A DNA stretch of 64,000 bases, from positions 992,001 through 1,056,000 of the forward strand of contig OZ244732.1 of assembly GCA_965219345.1 (NCBI GenBank), given 5' to 3'. The number at the start of each line of letters is the position of its first letter. Positions within the stretch are counted from its first letter, which is position 1. Below the pieces are notes generated by a model, which ran no database searches, was not told where the DNA came from, and was given only the letters and a program-made list of their open reading frames with translations. The DNA is from Nitrosopumilus sp. Lineage in GTDB: Archaea; Thermoproteota; Nitrososphaeria; Nitrososphaerales; Nitrosopumilaceae. Position numbers and translations under genes: made by a program. This document shows, piece after piece, positions 50,874 to 61,070 of the stretch.

Positions 50874-51386
50874 GATACTACGTTTAGTCTTTTCAACGCT
50901 TAACACATCTGCTTTTTTTAATATAGAAATCCCTGTTTTATCACCTAAGATTTCAATTAAGATAACTTTGTCGGAAAATTCAAGTGATACTTTATTTTTT
51001 ATTTTACTTGCTATTTTTGAAATAATTTCTTGACTGGACAAATCTGAATTTCTTTTTTCTATTGATATTCTGTATGTTTCTTCCTTAGAAATTTGTTCGG
51101 ATATGCCTGTAACAGTTTTTTCTATTTCTTCAATTTTTGTTTTAATGACTTTTTGAATTGGTATGATTCTTAGACAATATCTGATACTCCAAGGTTCTTC
51201 AAGAAGCATTTCTTTAATTTTTCTTACAACCTTAATCGGTTCGAGCTTTGTTTCAGCAGTCAAAATTCCTGACATGTTTGTGATTGAAACTTTAGCATCA
51301 GAATCTCCCAACTCTTCCAGAACATCCCTTAATTCTTTCTCAGTTTCTGGTTCAAGATGCCTTGCACAAGTAACGATCAAATTCAT
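50865..51386 (-). CDS. THUMP domain RNA-binding protein
   Basis: LRIIPIQ, TYRISIEKR and V.LE..DKVILIEILG. Confidence 0.85.
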   Translation of the reverse strand: MNLIVTCARHLEPETEKELRDVLEELGDSDAKVSITNMSGILTAETKLEPIKVVRKIKEMLLEEPWSIRYCLRIIPIQKVIKTKIEEIEKTVTGISEQISKEETYRISIEKRNSDLSSQEIISKIASKIKNKVSLEFSDKVILIEILGDKTGISILKKADVLSVEKTKRSISE

Positions 51387-51979
51387 AATTCCAAAATCTC
51401 CTCGTAACTTAATGAGCCTTCTCGAATAATTTTGATCTCACTATTTTCTATCTCAATTATGGTTGATTCTCCTTTGCCAGTTATTATTCCTCCATCAACA
51501 AAAACATCGTATTTTCTAAAATTATTGAAACATTCATCAGGCCTGGTAAATGATGGATGTTCAGAAACATTTGCGCTAGTACCTACAAGAAAATTACATT
51601 TTTTCAATAATTCTAATGTACATTTATGATTAGGAACTCTTACAGCAATTTTGTCTGTTATATTCAATGATTCTTTTAGCTTTTCATCAGTTAATTTTAG
51701 AATTATTGTCAGTGGTCCTGGCCAAAATCTTTCTACAATTTTTTTAGCAAACTCATCAAAAAAAGCAATCCCTTCTGCAATATCTTTTGAATATGCTAAA
51801 ACTGGAAATGGTTTTGAAATATTTCTGGATTTAATATCATAAATTTTTCTCACTGAATCTTTGTTGTATGGATCACATCCTACTCCATATACTGTATCTG
51901 TTGGGAAAACAACAATCCCCCCTTGATTAATAATTTGAGATGCCTTTTCAATTCCCTCTTTATCGCAATTTACTTTCAA
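51383..51979 (-). CDS. tsaC: L-threonylcarbamoyladenylate synthase (TsaC/Sua5/YrdC)
   Basis: FPTDTVYG, K.R...KP, FWPGPLT and GTSAN. Confidence 0.92.
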   Translation of the reverse strand: MKVNCDKEGIEKASQIINQGGIVVFPTDTVYGVGCDPYNKDSVRKIYDIKSRNISKPFPVLAYSKDIAEGIAFFDEFAKKIVERFWPGPLTIILKLTDEKLKESLNITDKIAVRVPNHKCTLELLKKCNFLVGTSANVSEHPSFTRPDECFNNFRKYDVFVDGGIITGKGESTIIEIENSEIKIIREGSLSYEEILEL

Positions 51980-52060
51980 TATCTATCCTAATCTTTTTTG
52001 TTTAATTATCATTTACTTTTGAATAAGTTTTTAACAGTAGAAAATTTTCATTTGTAAAGT

Positions 52061-52141
52061 ATGTCCAAACCTTCTACCAATCATGAGGACACAGATTTTG
52101 AAGATGATTTTGATGATGAATTAGATGAAATAGAAGACTAG
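52061..52141 (+). CDS. Possible tiny acidic peptide (26 aa)
   Basis: MSKPSTNHEDTDFEDDFDDELDEIED*, with an upstream TTTTTAA; length too short for certainty. Confidence 0.3.
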   Translation: MSKPSTNHEDTDFEDDFDDELDEIED

Positions 52142-52425
52142 ATGCTTAATCCAAAACTATCTGCAAAGTTTGTAAAAGTATAATATGCTTGAAGAAATTC
52201 TCTACCCGATTGACTAATTTTATATTTATTTGAACCTTGAGAATCAACTCGTTCTAAAAGCCCTTGAGATACTAGGGTTTTCAAAATTCTTGAAATTCTG
52301 GAATGAGAAATGTTTGCTTTTCTAATAAGATAAGTAACTGATGCCCCGTTCTCATCTTGTAAATCATCTTGAGTTGTTGATAGGATATCCCCAATAATTT
52401 TCATATGAGTCCGATATTCTGTCAT
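52138..52425 (-). CDS. Winged-helix transcription regulator
   Basis: YRT...IIGDIL..TYLIRKANISH..L...GLL..Y.I...G..FL. Confidence 0.85.
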   Translation of the reverse strand: MTEYRTHMKIIGDILSTTQDDLQDENGASVTYLIRKANISHSRISRILKTLVSQGLLERVDSQGSNKYKISQSGREFLQAYYTFTNFADSFGLSI

Positions 52426-52545
52426 TTTCTCTACACATAATATGTCAGATTTCTATGAGAGGGCAATGATATTTTCCAATATACTAAAAAGATAAAAGAA
52501 ATTGACAAATTTTTAGCAATTAAAAATTTTGAGCCTGTGTTAAAA

Positions 52546-53187
52546 TTATTCTAATCCTTCATCAAATTTTATCTTAGCAAAGGGTACCTTGCTCACAGGA
52601 ATGAATAATGCAATCAACCCTCCAATTTTGATTGTAATTGATATATAATATAGAATTGATTCTGGGAACAGAAAAGAATACCATCCCAAAAATTCCCCTA
52701 ATGCTAAGAGTGATAGTCCAACAGAAACTGATATTGTATCTTTTTTTCTATTATCAAAATACGATAACATTGTTTCAATGGCACCATATGCCAACAAAAT
52801 AAACGAAACTGCTCTGAAAATATGTTCTATCTGAACAGAAGAAATTAGGAATAATGGAAAAACTCCAATTGATCTAAAGTATCTGGATTTTGGAAAAAAT
52901 GATTTTATACTATGTGAAAACGCAATGAAAAAGTACCCAACTGTTTGAATTGCAATTCCCAAAGTTTGAACCCATCTCTCTATGCTTCCAGATTTTATAA
53001 CAAAGTCTTCTGTCAGGTATCCCAACCATATTACAAAAAATCCGAAACTTATCGAAAAAAATGCAATTGTTAATCTGAATAATGTGGGACTTCCTGTATT
53101 TCTAAATCCAATTAGTGACATTATTCCTATAACCAGTCCTACTAAAAATCCTATCAAGTTAAGTACATTTTCCAATAAAAATTCCAA
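52546..53187 (-). CDS. Multi-pass membrane protein
   Basis: About seven hydrophobic segments. Confidence 0.8.
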   Translation of the reverse strand: MEFLLENVLNLIGFLVGLVIGIMSLIGFRNTGSPTLFRLTIAFFSISFGFFVIWLGYLTEDFVIKSGSIERWVQTLGIAIQTVGYFFIAFSHSIKSFFPKSRYFRSIGVFPLFLISSVQIEHIFRAVSFILLAYGAIETMLSYFDNRKKDTISVSVGLSLLALGEFLGWYSFLFPESILYYISITIKIGGLIALFIPVSKVPFAKIKFDEGLE

Positions 53188-53247
53188 TGATGTTTAGAAA
53201 CCTGTTAAACTAATTATTTTAATCTGATGAATGATTTCACCATGTTG

Positions 53248-53457
53248 TTAATCCCATTCATCCAATGAACCTGAAGATTGGCCCTCTGTGCTACCTGTAT
53301 AATCTCCAAGAATATCTGAGTATCTAGCTTCATTATGCGCTACAAATTTTACATATTCTCCATAACTCATTTCAAAATCACAAGAACCACATTTTACTAA
53401 GGAAAAATCCATTGTCAATTCAGCATCTTCCTTGCATTTTGGGCATTTTATCTTCAT
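53248..53457 (-). CDS. Small Zn-ribbon protein
   Basis: CPKC...CGSC. Confidence 0.75.
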   Translation of the reverse strand: MKIKCPKCKEDAELTMDFSLVKCGSCDFEMSYGEYVKFVAHNEARYSDILGDYTGSTEGQSSGSLDEWD

Positions 53458-53534
53458 GAAGAGTTTTGTCTTTGTTAATTATTATTGCTTTATAATCAAT
53501 AAAAGATAAAAGGAGTTCATTATTGTTAATTTTC

Positions 53535-53816
53535 ATGAGTCGTATCTGCACAAAATGTAAGAATTCTATTGCTGATAATGAAGAACTTGGAATTGTTGCT
53601 GAGAAATACCCTACTTGCAATAAATGTTGGGCTGAATGGAAAGAATACCAAGTGATGGTAATGAATGAAATGAAACTCGATATGTCTATGGCAGATCATA
53701 GAAAATTATTGAAAAAACACGAAAAGATCTTTGTAGGTGTATTGTCTCCTGAAGGAGAAATTATTGATTATACAAATGAAGATAACAGAAAACCTGATGA
53801 ACCTACAGGTACCTAA
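53535..53816 (+). CDS. YggX-like Fe(II)-trafficking / Fe-S protection protein
   Basis: CWAEWKEYQVMVMNEMKLDM...HRKLL. Confidence 0.75.
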   Translation: MSRICTKCKNSIADNEELGIVAEKYPTCNKCWAEWKEYQVMVMNEMKLDMSMADHRKLLKKHEKIFVGVLSPEGEIIDYTNEDNRKPDEPTGT

Positions 53817-54274
53817 AACTTCAACTGTTTTTTAGCATTATCTGGTATTATTATCAAAATTTTTCTTTTTCCTTCCTCATTTAGATTATTGATGATATTT
53901 TTAATTGTATTAGAAAGAGTTTCTTTTTCATTTTCCTCTAATGTTAAAAATATTTCTAGAATCCCATCCAAATTGAATGTGATTAATTTTCGTGGAGATT
54001 GTGACACCTCTGTGATGTATGCTGAAAACAATCCTGTTCTTTGCTCTTCTGAGAGAGCTGCTAAAATTTTAAGCCACGTTTTGAAAAGCTTTGAAAAGTT
54101 GGGAAATGGAACAGTTGGACCTGCTTCTAATGCATTGTTTATAACCTCTTTTTGTTCTGCTTCAGACAATGAAAAAAATTCTACCATTCTCTTTTTCAAA
54201 ATTGGATTTCTTAGAAAGTCTGGAAGACTAGCCAGGTTAATTATGATATTTCCAGCAAAATTTTCTCCTACCAT
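53813..54274 (-). CDS. Hypothetical protein
   Basis: 153-aa ORF with host-like composition. Confidence 0.75.
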   Translation of the reverse strand: MVGENFAGNIIINLASLPDFLRNPILKKRMVEFFSLSEAEQKEVINNALEAGPTVPFPNFSKLFKTWLKILAALSEEQRTGLFSAYITEVSQSPRKLITFNLDGILEIFLTLEENEKETLSNTIKNIINNLNEEGKRKILIIIPDNAKKQLKF

Positions 54275-54356
54275 AGATCTAAAAGAATTACTATTGGGTA
54301 TAAAATCAATTGCAAATACTTTAGCTTAAATAAACGAAATAAAACTTCAACAGCAC

Positions 54357-55358
54357 ATGACATCAACTGTAGTTGTTGGCGGATTTTTTGGAGACGAAGG
54401 TAAAGGAAAGATTATCTCATATTTGGCAATCAAAGACAATCCAAAAATTGTAGTACGAGGTGGTGCCGGTCCAAATGCTGGCCATACAATTAGAGATGGT
54501 GATAAAGTATACAAAGTTAGAATGCTTCCAAGCGGTTTTCTCAATAAAGATGCTAAAGTAATGATTGGCCCTGGAGTCGTTGTCAATCCTGATATTCTGA
54601 AAAAAGAAATTCAAGATTTTAATGCGTCAGGACGCTCATTTATTGATAGACACTGTGGTATTATTGAAGAAACCCATCAAATACAAGATTCTAAGGGTGA
54701 ATTAAAAGAAAAAATTGGAAGTACTGGCTCTGGCACAGGTCCTGCTAATGCCGATAGGGCTATGAGAGTTTTAAAATTGGCAAAAGACACTGAATCTTTA
54801 TCTTCACTTGTTATAGATGTCCCTCATGAGATAAATTCCGCACTTTCTGCAAATGAGAATGTACTAGTGGAGGGCACACAAGGAACTTTTCTTTCCTTAT
54901 GGCATGGAACATATCCATTTGTGACCTCAAAAGATGTCACTGCATCTGGAATATGTGCTGATGTTGGTCTTGGTCCTACCAAGGTTGATGAGGTAATTGT
55001 TGTTTTCAAATCATATGTTACGCGTGTTGGAACTGGTCCTCTTGAGAACGAACTCTCACTGGAGGAGGCAGAAAAAAAAGGATGGTCAGAATTTGGTACT
55101 GTAACTGGTCGTCAGAGACGTGCTGCTAATTTTGATTTTGATTTAGCTAGGCGTGCAATCATGCTTAATGGTGCAACCCAAATCTCTATAACAAAATTAG
55201 ATGTTCTTTTTCCTGATTGTGCTAGTAAAAATTCATTTGATGATCTATCTATAGATGCAAAAGCATTCATAAAAAATATTGAAGATGAATTAAATACGCC
55301 TGTAACAATTATTGGAACTGGTCCAGACATTATTGATGTCATTGATAGAAGAAGCTAG
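54357..55358 (+). CDS. purA: Adenylosuccinate synthetase (short archaeal form)
   Basis: FGDEGKGK, GPNAGHT, EGTQG and EFGTVTGRQRR. Confidence 0.97.
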   Translation: MTSTVVVGGFFGDEGKGKIISYLAIKDNPKIVVRGGAGPNAGHTIRDGDKVYKVRMLPSGFLNKDAKVMIGPGVVVNPDILKKEIQDFNASGRSFIDRHCGIIEETHQIQDSKGELKEKIGSTGSGTGPANADRAMRVLKLAKDTESLSSLVIDVPHEINSALSANENVLVEGTQGTFLSLWHGTYPFVTSKDVTASGICADVGLGPTKVDEVIVVFKSYVTRVGTGPLENELSLEEAEKKGWSEFGTVTGRQRRAANFDFDLARRAIMLNGATQISITKLDVLFPDCASKNSFDDLSIDAKAFIKNIEDELNTPVTIIGTGPDIIDVIDRRS

Positions 55359-55407
55359 GCTCCAAAGTTTTGGATAAGTTTAATTTGATAACTGACAGAA
55401 AATCTTT

Positions 55408-56094
55408 GTGGACAAATTACAAAATGCCTCTAATGATAAATTACCACGTTACATACAAGTAAATTCAACTTTAGAATTCTCTAGACTTGTTTGTGCACTC
55501 GAGCGTGCACCACGTGTATCTTTTTTACATGATTATGATGGGCAGAAAATTTTGTCTGTACAAATGGATGTCCTTAAAGAAAAACCAATTGTTTACTATA
55601 CCCCTCTGGAATATAGTGGTCATTATCTTTGCTATGGATTAAAAAAAGGAAAAGAAGAGTCTGAAATTGCTGATACCGCCTCTGATACTAGCAAACTATA
55701 TTCCCCTATAGTTCGAATTAAATCTCTTCCAAAAACTTTGAGACCGGGTAATGGAACTCTTGATAGATATCAACCAATTGAATTAGAAGATATGTCAAGT
55801 CTTGCAAAACTTACTTGGGGTTTTGATGAAATTCCTTTTCCACTATTTCTATTTCCACGCAATGACAAATGGCTTATTGGAGTTTTCATGAATTTCAACG
55901 AAGAAGGGACATCTTACTTTTGTCATGTAGTTTTAGATAACGATCCACAAAAGCCGTTCATGAAATTTTCATCAAACAATGGCTCTGAACCCATTTTTGT
56001 AGAAAATCCCTCTGAACACGGTTATTCATATGTCAAAATAATAAAATTAAAAGACACACATCCGTTAGTTGATTATGGTCACCTTCAAAACTAG
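55408..56094 (+). CDS. Hypothetical protein
   Basis: 228-aa ORF between purA and pyrF. Confidence 0.78.
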   Translation: MDKLQNASNDKLPRYIQVNSTLEFSRLVCALERAPRVSFLHDYDGQKILSVQMDVLKEKPIVYYTPLEYSGHYLCYGLKKGKEESEIADTASDTSKLYSPIVRIKSLPKTLRPGNGTLDRYQPIELEDMSSLAKLTWGFDEIPFPLFLFPRNDKWLIGVFMNFNEEGTSYFCHVVLDNDPQKPFMKFSSNNGSEPIFVENPSEHGYSYVKIIKLKDTHPLVDYGHLQN

Positions 56095-56815
56095 ACTTTC
56101 AAAATCCTCAAAAACAAACGGAAACGTAATTCTTGCTAATGATTATGATCACTCAGTCAAAAATTTAGAAGCAAAAACTATTGAAAATATCAAACAATTA
56201 CATCCTTTTCTATGTGGAATTAAACTAAATTTTCATTTACTCCTTCCTTTGAGCGGTAAAGAAATTCTCAAAATCAACAAAACAGCCCATCGATATGGTT
56301 TACAAACAATTGCAGACATCAAAATTAATGATATTGGAAATACTAATCGAGTAACAACAGAGAATCTTTGGAATTTAGGATTTGATGCAGTCATTGCAAA
56401 TCCTATAATGGGTCTTGATAGTTTGAAAAATCTTGTAAAATCTGCCCATAAACATGACAAAGGTGTAATTACTTTATGTCATATGAGTGCGCCAGAAGCT
56501 AAGTTATCCTATGATATGGAGGTAAAAATGGGGAAAAAGCAGCAATTATACCAATTATTTTTGAATTGGGCTCTAACTGCCAGAGTTGATGGTATTGTAG
56601 TAGGAGCTACTTTTCCAAAAATTATTCGGTACTGCTCTAAAAAAGCAGGAAAAAACTTGAGCATATTCTCTCCAGGTGTTGGTACTCAGGGTGGAAGTGC
56701 AAATGAAGTAATATCATCTGGGACTAATTATCTGATTGTTGGTAGAACTATCCTCAATGCTAAAAATCCTATAACTGCAGCAAAGAAATTACAGCTACAA
56801 AGTCTTGGTAAGTAG
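56075..56815 (+). CDS. pyrF: Orotidine 5'-phosphate decarboxylase
   Basis: DIKINDIGNT, VGAT, SPGVGTQGG and IVGRTI. Confidence 0.95.
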   Translation: MVTFKTRLSKSSKTNGNVILANDYDHSVKNLEAKTIENIKQLHPFLCGIKLNFHLLLPLSGKEILKINKTAHRYGLQTIADIKINDIGNTNRVTTENLWNLGFDAVIANPIMGLDSLKNLVKSAHKHDKGVITLCHMSAPEAKLSYDMEVKMGKKQQLYQLFLNWALTARVDGIVVGATFPKIIRYCSKKAGKNLSIFSPGVGTQGGSANEVISSGTNYLIVGRTILNAKNPITAAKKLQLQSLGK

Positions 56816-57214
56816 CATTTGTGCTCTTGTTAACACAGTTTTTGCATTATCAAATGTAGTTTTTTCCATGGATGTGCTATAATCCATCCAAGTATAATCA
56901 AGATGTTCGTGTGAAATCATAACTTTTTTAGTTTTTGTTTCAGCTAAGAAAAACACTACCTTCTTGCAAACTAATTCTCCCTGATACTGAAATTCATATT
57001 TAATCCATTCTTCAAAATTTTCTAAAAATGTAATGTCTGTAATTCCAGTCTCTTCTTTAGCTTCTCTAATTGCAGTTTCATGAGTTGATTCACCTTCTTC
57101 CATTTTTCCTTTTACAAAATCCCAATGTCCAGAAGGATAGTGTAAAAGTAAAAATAAGATTTTTGAATCTTCTTTTCTAAATAATACCATCCCAGCAGAA
57201 GTTTCTTCTATCAT
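56795..57214 (-). CDS. NUDIX hydrolase, Ap4A tetraphosphatase-like
   Basis: HWDFVKG..E.GE....AIREAKEETG and SHEH. Confidence 0.9.
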   Translation of the reverse strand: MIEETSAGMVLFRKEDSKILFLLLHYPSGHWDFVKGKMEEGESTHETAIREAKEETGITDITFLENFEEWIKYEFQYQGELVCKKVVFFLAETKTKKVMISHEHLDYTWMDYSTSMEKTTFDNAKTVLTRAQMLLTKTL

Positions 57215-58002
57215 TTTCCTAATCTTCTTTTTCTTTCTTGAAAAGTTCTAATTGCTCTCATTAAATCAATTTTTCTAAATTCTGGCCAAAAAATATCCAT
57301 GAAGACCAATTCACTATAAGCACTTTGCCACATAAGGAATCCACTTAATCTCTTTTCTCCTGATGTTCGTAAAATCATATCTGGGGATGATTGTGGCAAG
57401 TGTGATGTGTAAAGATTTGACTCAATCTCCTTTTTGTTAATATCATCTATCTTCAGAGAACCATCCTTGATTTTTTCTCCTATTTTCTTAATTGCATCTA
57501 CTAACTCATATTGTCCTCCATATGCTAATGCAATATTCAGAAAATGATTGTCATAATTTTTTGTAGCATCATCTAATCGTTTTAAAATATCTTTGATTGA
57601 ATTTGGCAGTAGCTCAATTCTTCCAATACCTTTGACTCTCATTTTACATCTATGTATTCTAGGATCATTGTATAATTTCTCAAGTCTCATACGAATTAAT
57701 TCATAGATATATTCTAATTCCTTATCCTTTCTATTCAAATTCTCAGCTGAAAGTGCGTATAATGTAATAATTTTAATATCAAACTCTTCACACCAATCAA
57801 GAAGATTTTCTACTGCATCAGCTCCTTTCCAATGACCTTTTTCTGCTATTGTTAAATGTCTCTTAGCCCATCTTCTGTTTCCGTCTAAGATTAAAGCAAC
57901 ATGATTAGGAATGTCTCCATTTTGAATTTCATTTTCTAGCCTTTTTCCATAGATCTTATAGATTCCTGTTAACTGAAAGATTATTTCTATTATTTTACTA
58001 AT
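57211..58002 (-). CDS. uppS: cis-Prenyltransferase (polyprenyl diphosphate synthase)
   Basis: Frame extends well upstream of the track start and includes PNHVALILDGNRRW, YALSAENL and RTSGEKRLSGF; no canonical start codon in frame. Confidence 0.92.
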   Translation of the reverse strand: MSKIIEIIFQLTGIYKIYGKRLENEIQNGDIPNHVALILDGNRRWAKRHLTIAEKGHWKGADAVENLLDWCEEFDIKIITLYALSAENLNRKDKELEYIYELIRMRLEKLYNDPRIHRCKMRVKGIGRIELLPNSIKDILKRLDDATKNYDNHFLNIALAYGGQYELVDAIKKIGEKIKDGSLKIDDINKKEIESNLYTSHLPQSSPDMILRTSGEKRLSGFLMWQSAYSELVFMDIFWPEFRKIDLMRAIRTFQERKRRLGK

Positions 58003-58088
58003 ATTTTCTCACCTTTGATGATTAGTACACAATTGAAGATATCAGTGTTTTCTGAAATTAATTTTTTATTATAGATTTAGGCTTAAAT

Positions 58089-59234
58089 TTAGTCTGAAAC
58101 CATCTCTTGATCTTTATGTTTTCTGTATTTCTTAAAGAGAATAGTAGCTGAAACTAAAGTTGCTGCTAGTCCTCCTAATAGGGGAGGAATCAACGTAAAT
58201 GAGCTTTCATCATAAATCATTATGTTGGTAAATTGAAATATAGTAGGATACAGTGCTACTAATACAATAATTCTTAGAATATCTGTTATTTGTCTAGGAA
58301 CTCCTCCAATCCAATTACTAAGAAGTGTTCCAGCTACTATAGCTCCCATCCCAATCCATAATATTGGTAAAATTCCTGCAACAAATTGTCCAATGATTAC
58401 TTTGTTGGAAATTAACACAACTAGTTCTGCATTCTCTTCAATCAACTCAGAATCAACTGCATTTATTCCAGCTGGTACTGAAGAAAGAATTAGTAATATC
58501 CCTGCAACCATTGTAAAAATTCTGATAAAACCCATCGGAGTTGGTTTTGACCAATTTGACCATGCTCTATCAATATCAAATGCCCTAATCAAGAATGCAC
58601 CGCCCAAAATACTTACAAGAACAGCAAATATTTCTGCACTAAAATCAAATACAGTTGCAATTCCACCAATTAACAAAAGAATTCCTGGAACACCTAAAAA
58701 GAACTTTGAATATCTTGAATCATAAGCAATCATTTTAAGATATTTTCCAAAAACTGCATAAGAGTACTCTACACTTCTACTCACTTTCATTACAACACGT
58801 TGTACAGAGACAACTGGTAGAACATTTTGAATTACTGGAATAACACTTTCATCATCTTCACCATCAGAAACAATAACTGCGCCATTTGCGGAAAACTTTT
58901 CTAAAACCTTTCTTGTTTCAGCAAGAATTTTTTCATCTGCATGTATTCCTCTATTTTTAACTCCTGCAACAGTTACTACTTCAACTTTGTATCCTTTGCT
59001 AATTAAATCCTCATATGTTTTAATTGCCGCAAAAATTGAATTTGAATCCGCATCTTCAGGATCTTCTAAAGCTAATCTTTGTGCTGCCTCAATACATGCG
59101 TTTCTACCTATGACTGGTGTGATGATTCCTGCTTTTTCCCCTACATCATTGTCTCTATCGATACAAATTACAAGTAATTTGTTTGCGGTGGATGCATTAA
59201 CATCTTTTTCCACCTTTCCAGACTGTTGAGACAT
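58089..59234 (-). CDS. DUF373-family membrane protein
   Basis: LVICIDRDNDVG, DPEDADSN, VSDGEDDE and C-terminal transmembrane helices. Confidence 0.88.
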   Translation of the reverse strand: MSQQSGKVEKDVNASTANKLLVICIDRDNDVGEKAGIITPVIGRNACIEAAQRLALEDPEDADSNSIFAAIKTYEDLISKGYKVEVVTVAGVKNRGIHADEKILAETRKVLEKFSANGAVIVSDGEDDESVIPVIQNVLPVVSVQRVVMKVSRSVEYSYAVFGKYLKMIAYDSRYSKFFLGVPGILLLIGGIATVFDFSAEIFAVLVSILGGAFLIRAFDIDRAWSNWSKPTPMGFIRIFTMVAGILLILSSVPAGINAVDSELIEENAELVVLISNKVIIGQFVAGILPILWIGMGAIVAGTLLSNWIGGVPRQITDILRIIVLVALYPTIFQFTNIMIYDESSFTLIPPLLGGLAATLVSATILFKKYRKHKDQEMVSD

Positions 59235-59305
59235 TCTAATTATTATTATAAAATTGCTTTTTAATGATTTCCAACAACTATAATTAGTAAAATTCGGTTT
59301 TGAGG

Positions 59306-59803
59306 CTAGGGTCTTAATTCATCAGATATTCTGACATATTCCAAATATTCCATTTTTAATATCTCTATTTTTAGCATAGTTTCTGACATCTCTCTTTCAA
59401 AACTTTCTTTTTCAATCAAATTTGCCACAACTTTGGTTTCTACAATATACTCATTAAATTTTTTCAACGCATCCATGTAAGTAATGTAACTATCTTGCCA
59501 TTCTTCAGAAGGTTTTGATGTGACAAATTCACTAATTTGTGAAGTTACTTGTGATGATGTTACTTCAGCTATTGATATGTAATCACTTGGAGAAATATTC
59601 CCGTTGTGAAGGTTTTGATATTCTATGTCAATTGACTCTTGTAAGACTTCATGAATATTTTTCACTCCATCAATGTACTTACCATAATCAGATATCACAA
59701 ATGTTGTTTCATTATTTTCTGGAATTACCCATGACAGGAAACTTGCACCCGTGATTATGGCTAATATTGTGACAGTGATTATAATTCCCTTTTTTGATGC
59801 CAT
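59306..59803 (-). CDS. Hypothetical membrane-anchored protein
   Basis: N-terminal hydrophobic helix. Confidence 0.75.
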   Translation of the reverse strand: MASKKGIIITVTILAIITGASFLSWVIPENNETTFVISDYGKYIDGVKNIHEVLQESIDIEYQNLHNGNISPSDYISIAEVTSSQVTSQISEFVTSKPSEEWQDSYITYMDALKKFNEYIVETKVVANLIEKESFEREMSETMLKIEILKMEYLEYVRISDELRP

Positions 59804-60054
59804 TTTGTAACTTAATGATTAAGGAGCTTATAACTGGTAATCTTCTAAAAAATCATTATTTATTAAATGAATGTTAGAAAAAAAAACTCTTATTGTATAA
59901 TTCTAACCAAAATTTTTTGAAAAATACTTACATTCATTAAATTTTTTAAAATTATCACTTTTTTATGCCTAAAAAAATTTACGTACATCTAGTCTATAGT
60001 TAAATAATTTTCACAGCCTCTTCCTAAATACCACAAAGGTTGACAAATTTTAGA

Positions 60055-60201
60055 ATGGTTACAGCATATTGCGTAAAATGCAGAGCTAAAAGGGACATCA
60101 AAGATCCTAAGGAAACTAAACTAAAGAATGGACGCCCTGCCGTAAAAGGTACGTGCCCTCAATGTGGAACTAAAGTTTTCCGTATAGGCAAGATGGAATA
60201 A
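60055..60201 (+). CDS. Small basic Zn-ribbon protein (DUF5679-like)
   Basis: Manual translation MVTAYCVKCRAKRDIKDPKETKLKNGRPAVKGTCPQCGTKVFRIGKME; below ORF-track cutoff. Confidence 0.85.
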   Translation: MVTAYCVKCRAKRDIKDPKETKLKNGRPAVKGTCPQCGTKVFRIGKME

Positions 60202-60267
60202 CCTACAAAAAATCCACACGATTTCTCTTTTTCAAAACCCATATAGGGCTACCATGTACAATTTTTT

Positions 60268-60690
60268 GTGACTAAAGCAGAATATGAGAACCTACTCAAA
60301 CGTATTCAAGATAAACTAGGCAACACCAAAAAAGAATCCTCTACTCGATTCGAACTTCCTGTTGTAGATGTTATGTGGGAAGGTCAAAAGACTTTCTTGC
60401 GTAATTTTTCAGAATTCCCAAAGGTTCTACGAAGAGATCCAGATAAAGTTCTTCAATACCTTTCAAAAGAATTTGCAGTTCCTGCTGAAAGACTAGGCGA
60501 CAAGGCAATGTTTGTAGGAAGACGAGCTCCTGACGACTTTACCAGATTATTTCAAATTTATGTAAAAGATTATCTTGAATGTCGTACATGCAAAAGTCCT
60601 GACACAAAAATTATCAAAGAAAATCGTATATCATTTTTAATCTGTGAGGCTTGTGGTGCAAAATCTACTCTAAAAGGCAAGTATGCATAA
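60268..60690 (+). CDS. Translation initiation factor aIF-2 beta subunit
   Basis: RFELP, T.LRNF, LRRDP and CRTCKSPDT..CEACGA. Confidence 0.93.
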   Translation: MTKAEYENLLKRIQDKLGNTKKESSTRFELPVVDVMWEGQKTFLRNFSEFPKVLRRDPDKVLQYLSKEFAVPAERLGDKAMFVGRRAPDDFTRLFQIYVKDYLECRTCKSPDTKIIKENRISFLICEACGAKSTLKGKYA

Positions 60691-60986
60691 TGCAATTTTC
60701 GGTAAAAGTTTCTAATTATCAAAAAAATTCAACGTTGAATATCTGTGATATTAAACTATTAGGGAAAAAAATTATTCAAGATGAATTGAATATGCATATT
60801 AGTGAAAGCTATTATGGAGAAAAATTAGTTGAAAAAGAAGAGGCAAAATCATTATTAAAAAATTCTTCAATTATTAACATGGTCGGACAAGATACAATTT
60901 CTCTATCAATAGAACTTGGAATTGGTTCCGAAAATGGAATTAAAACAATCTCCGGCGTTCCTTTTCTAATTGTTTTTAAAATATAG
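60690..60986 (+). CDS. DUF424-family protein
   Basis: NICD..LLGK, I.ESYYG and IINMVG. Confidence 0.85.
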   Translation: MQFSVKVSNYQKNSTLNICDIKLLGKKIIQDELNMHISESYYGEKLVEKEEAKSLLKNSSIINMVGQDTISLSIELGIGSENGIKTISGVPFLIVFKI

Positions 60987-61070
60987 TGTGTAATTTGGTT
61001 TCATTCTTGATTCATACATTTTTTCATTCCATAAGAAATCCATTTTATCTAGTGGGAGTAAAATTATTTG

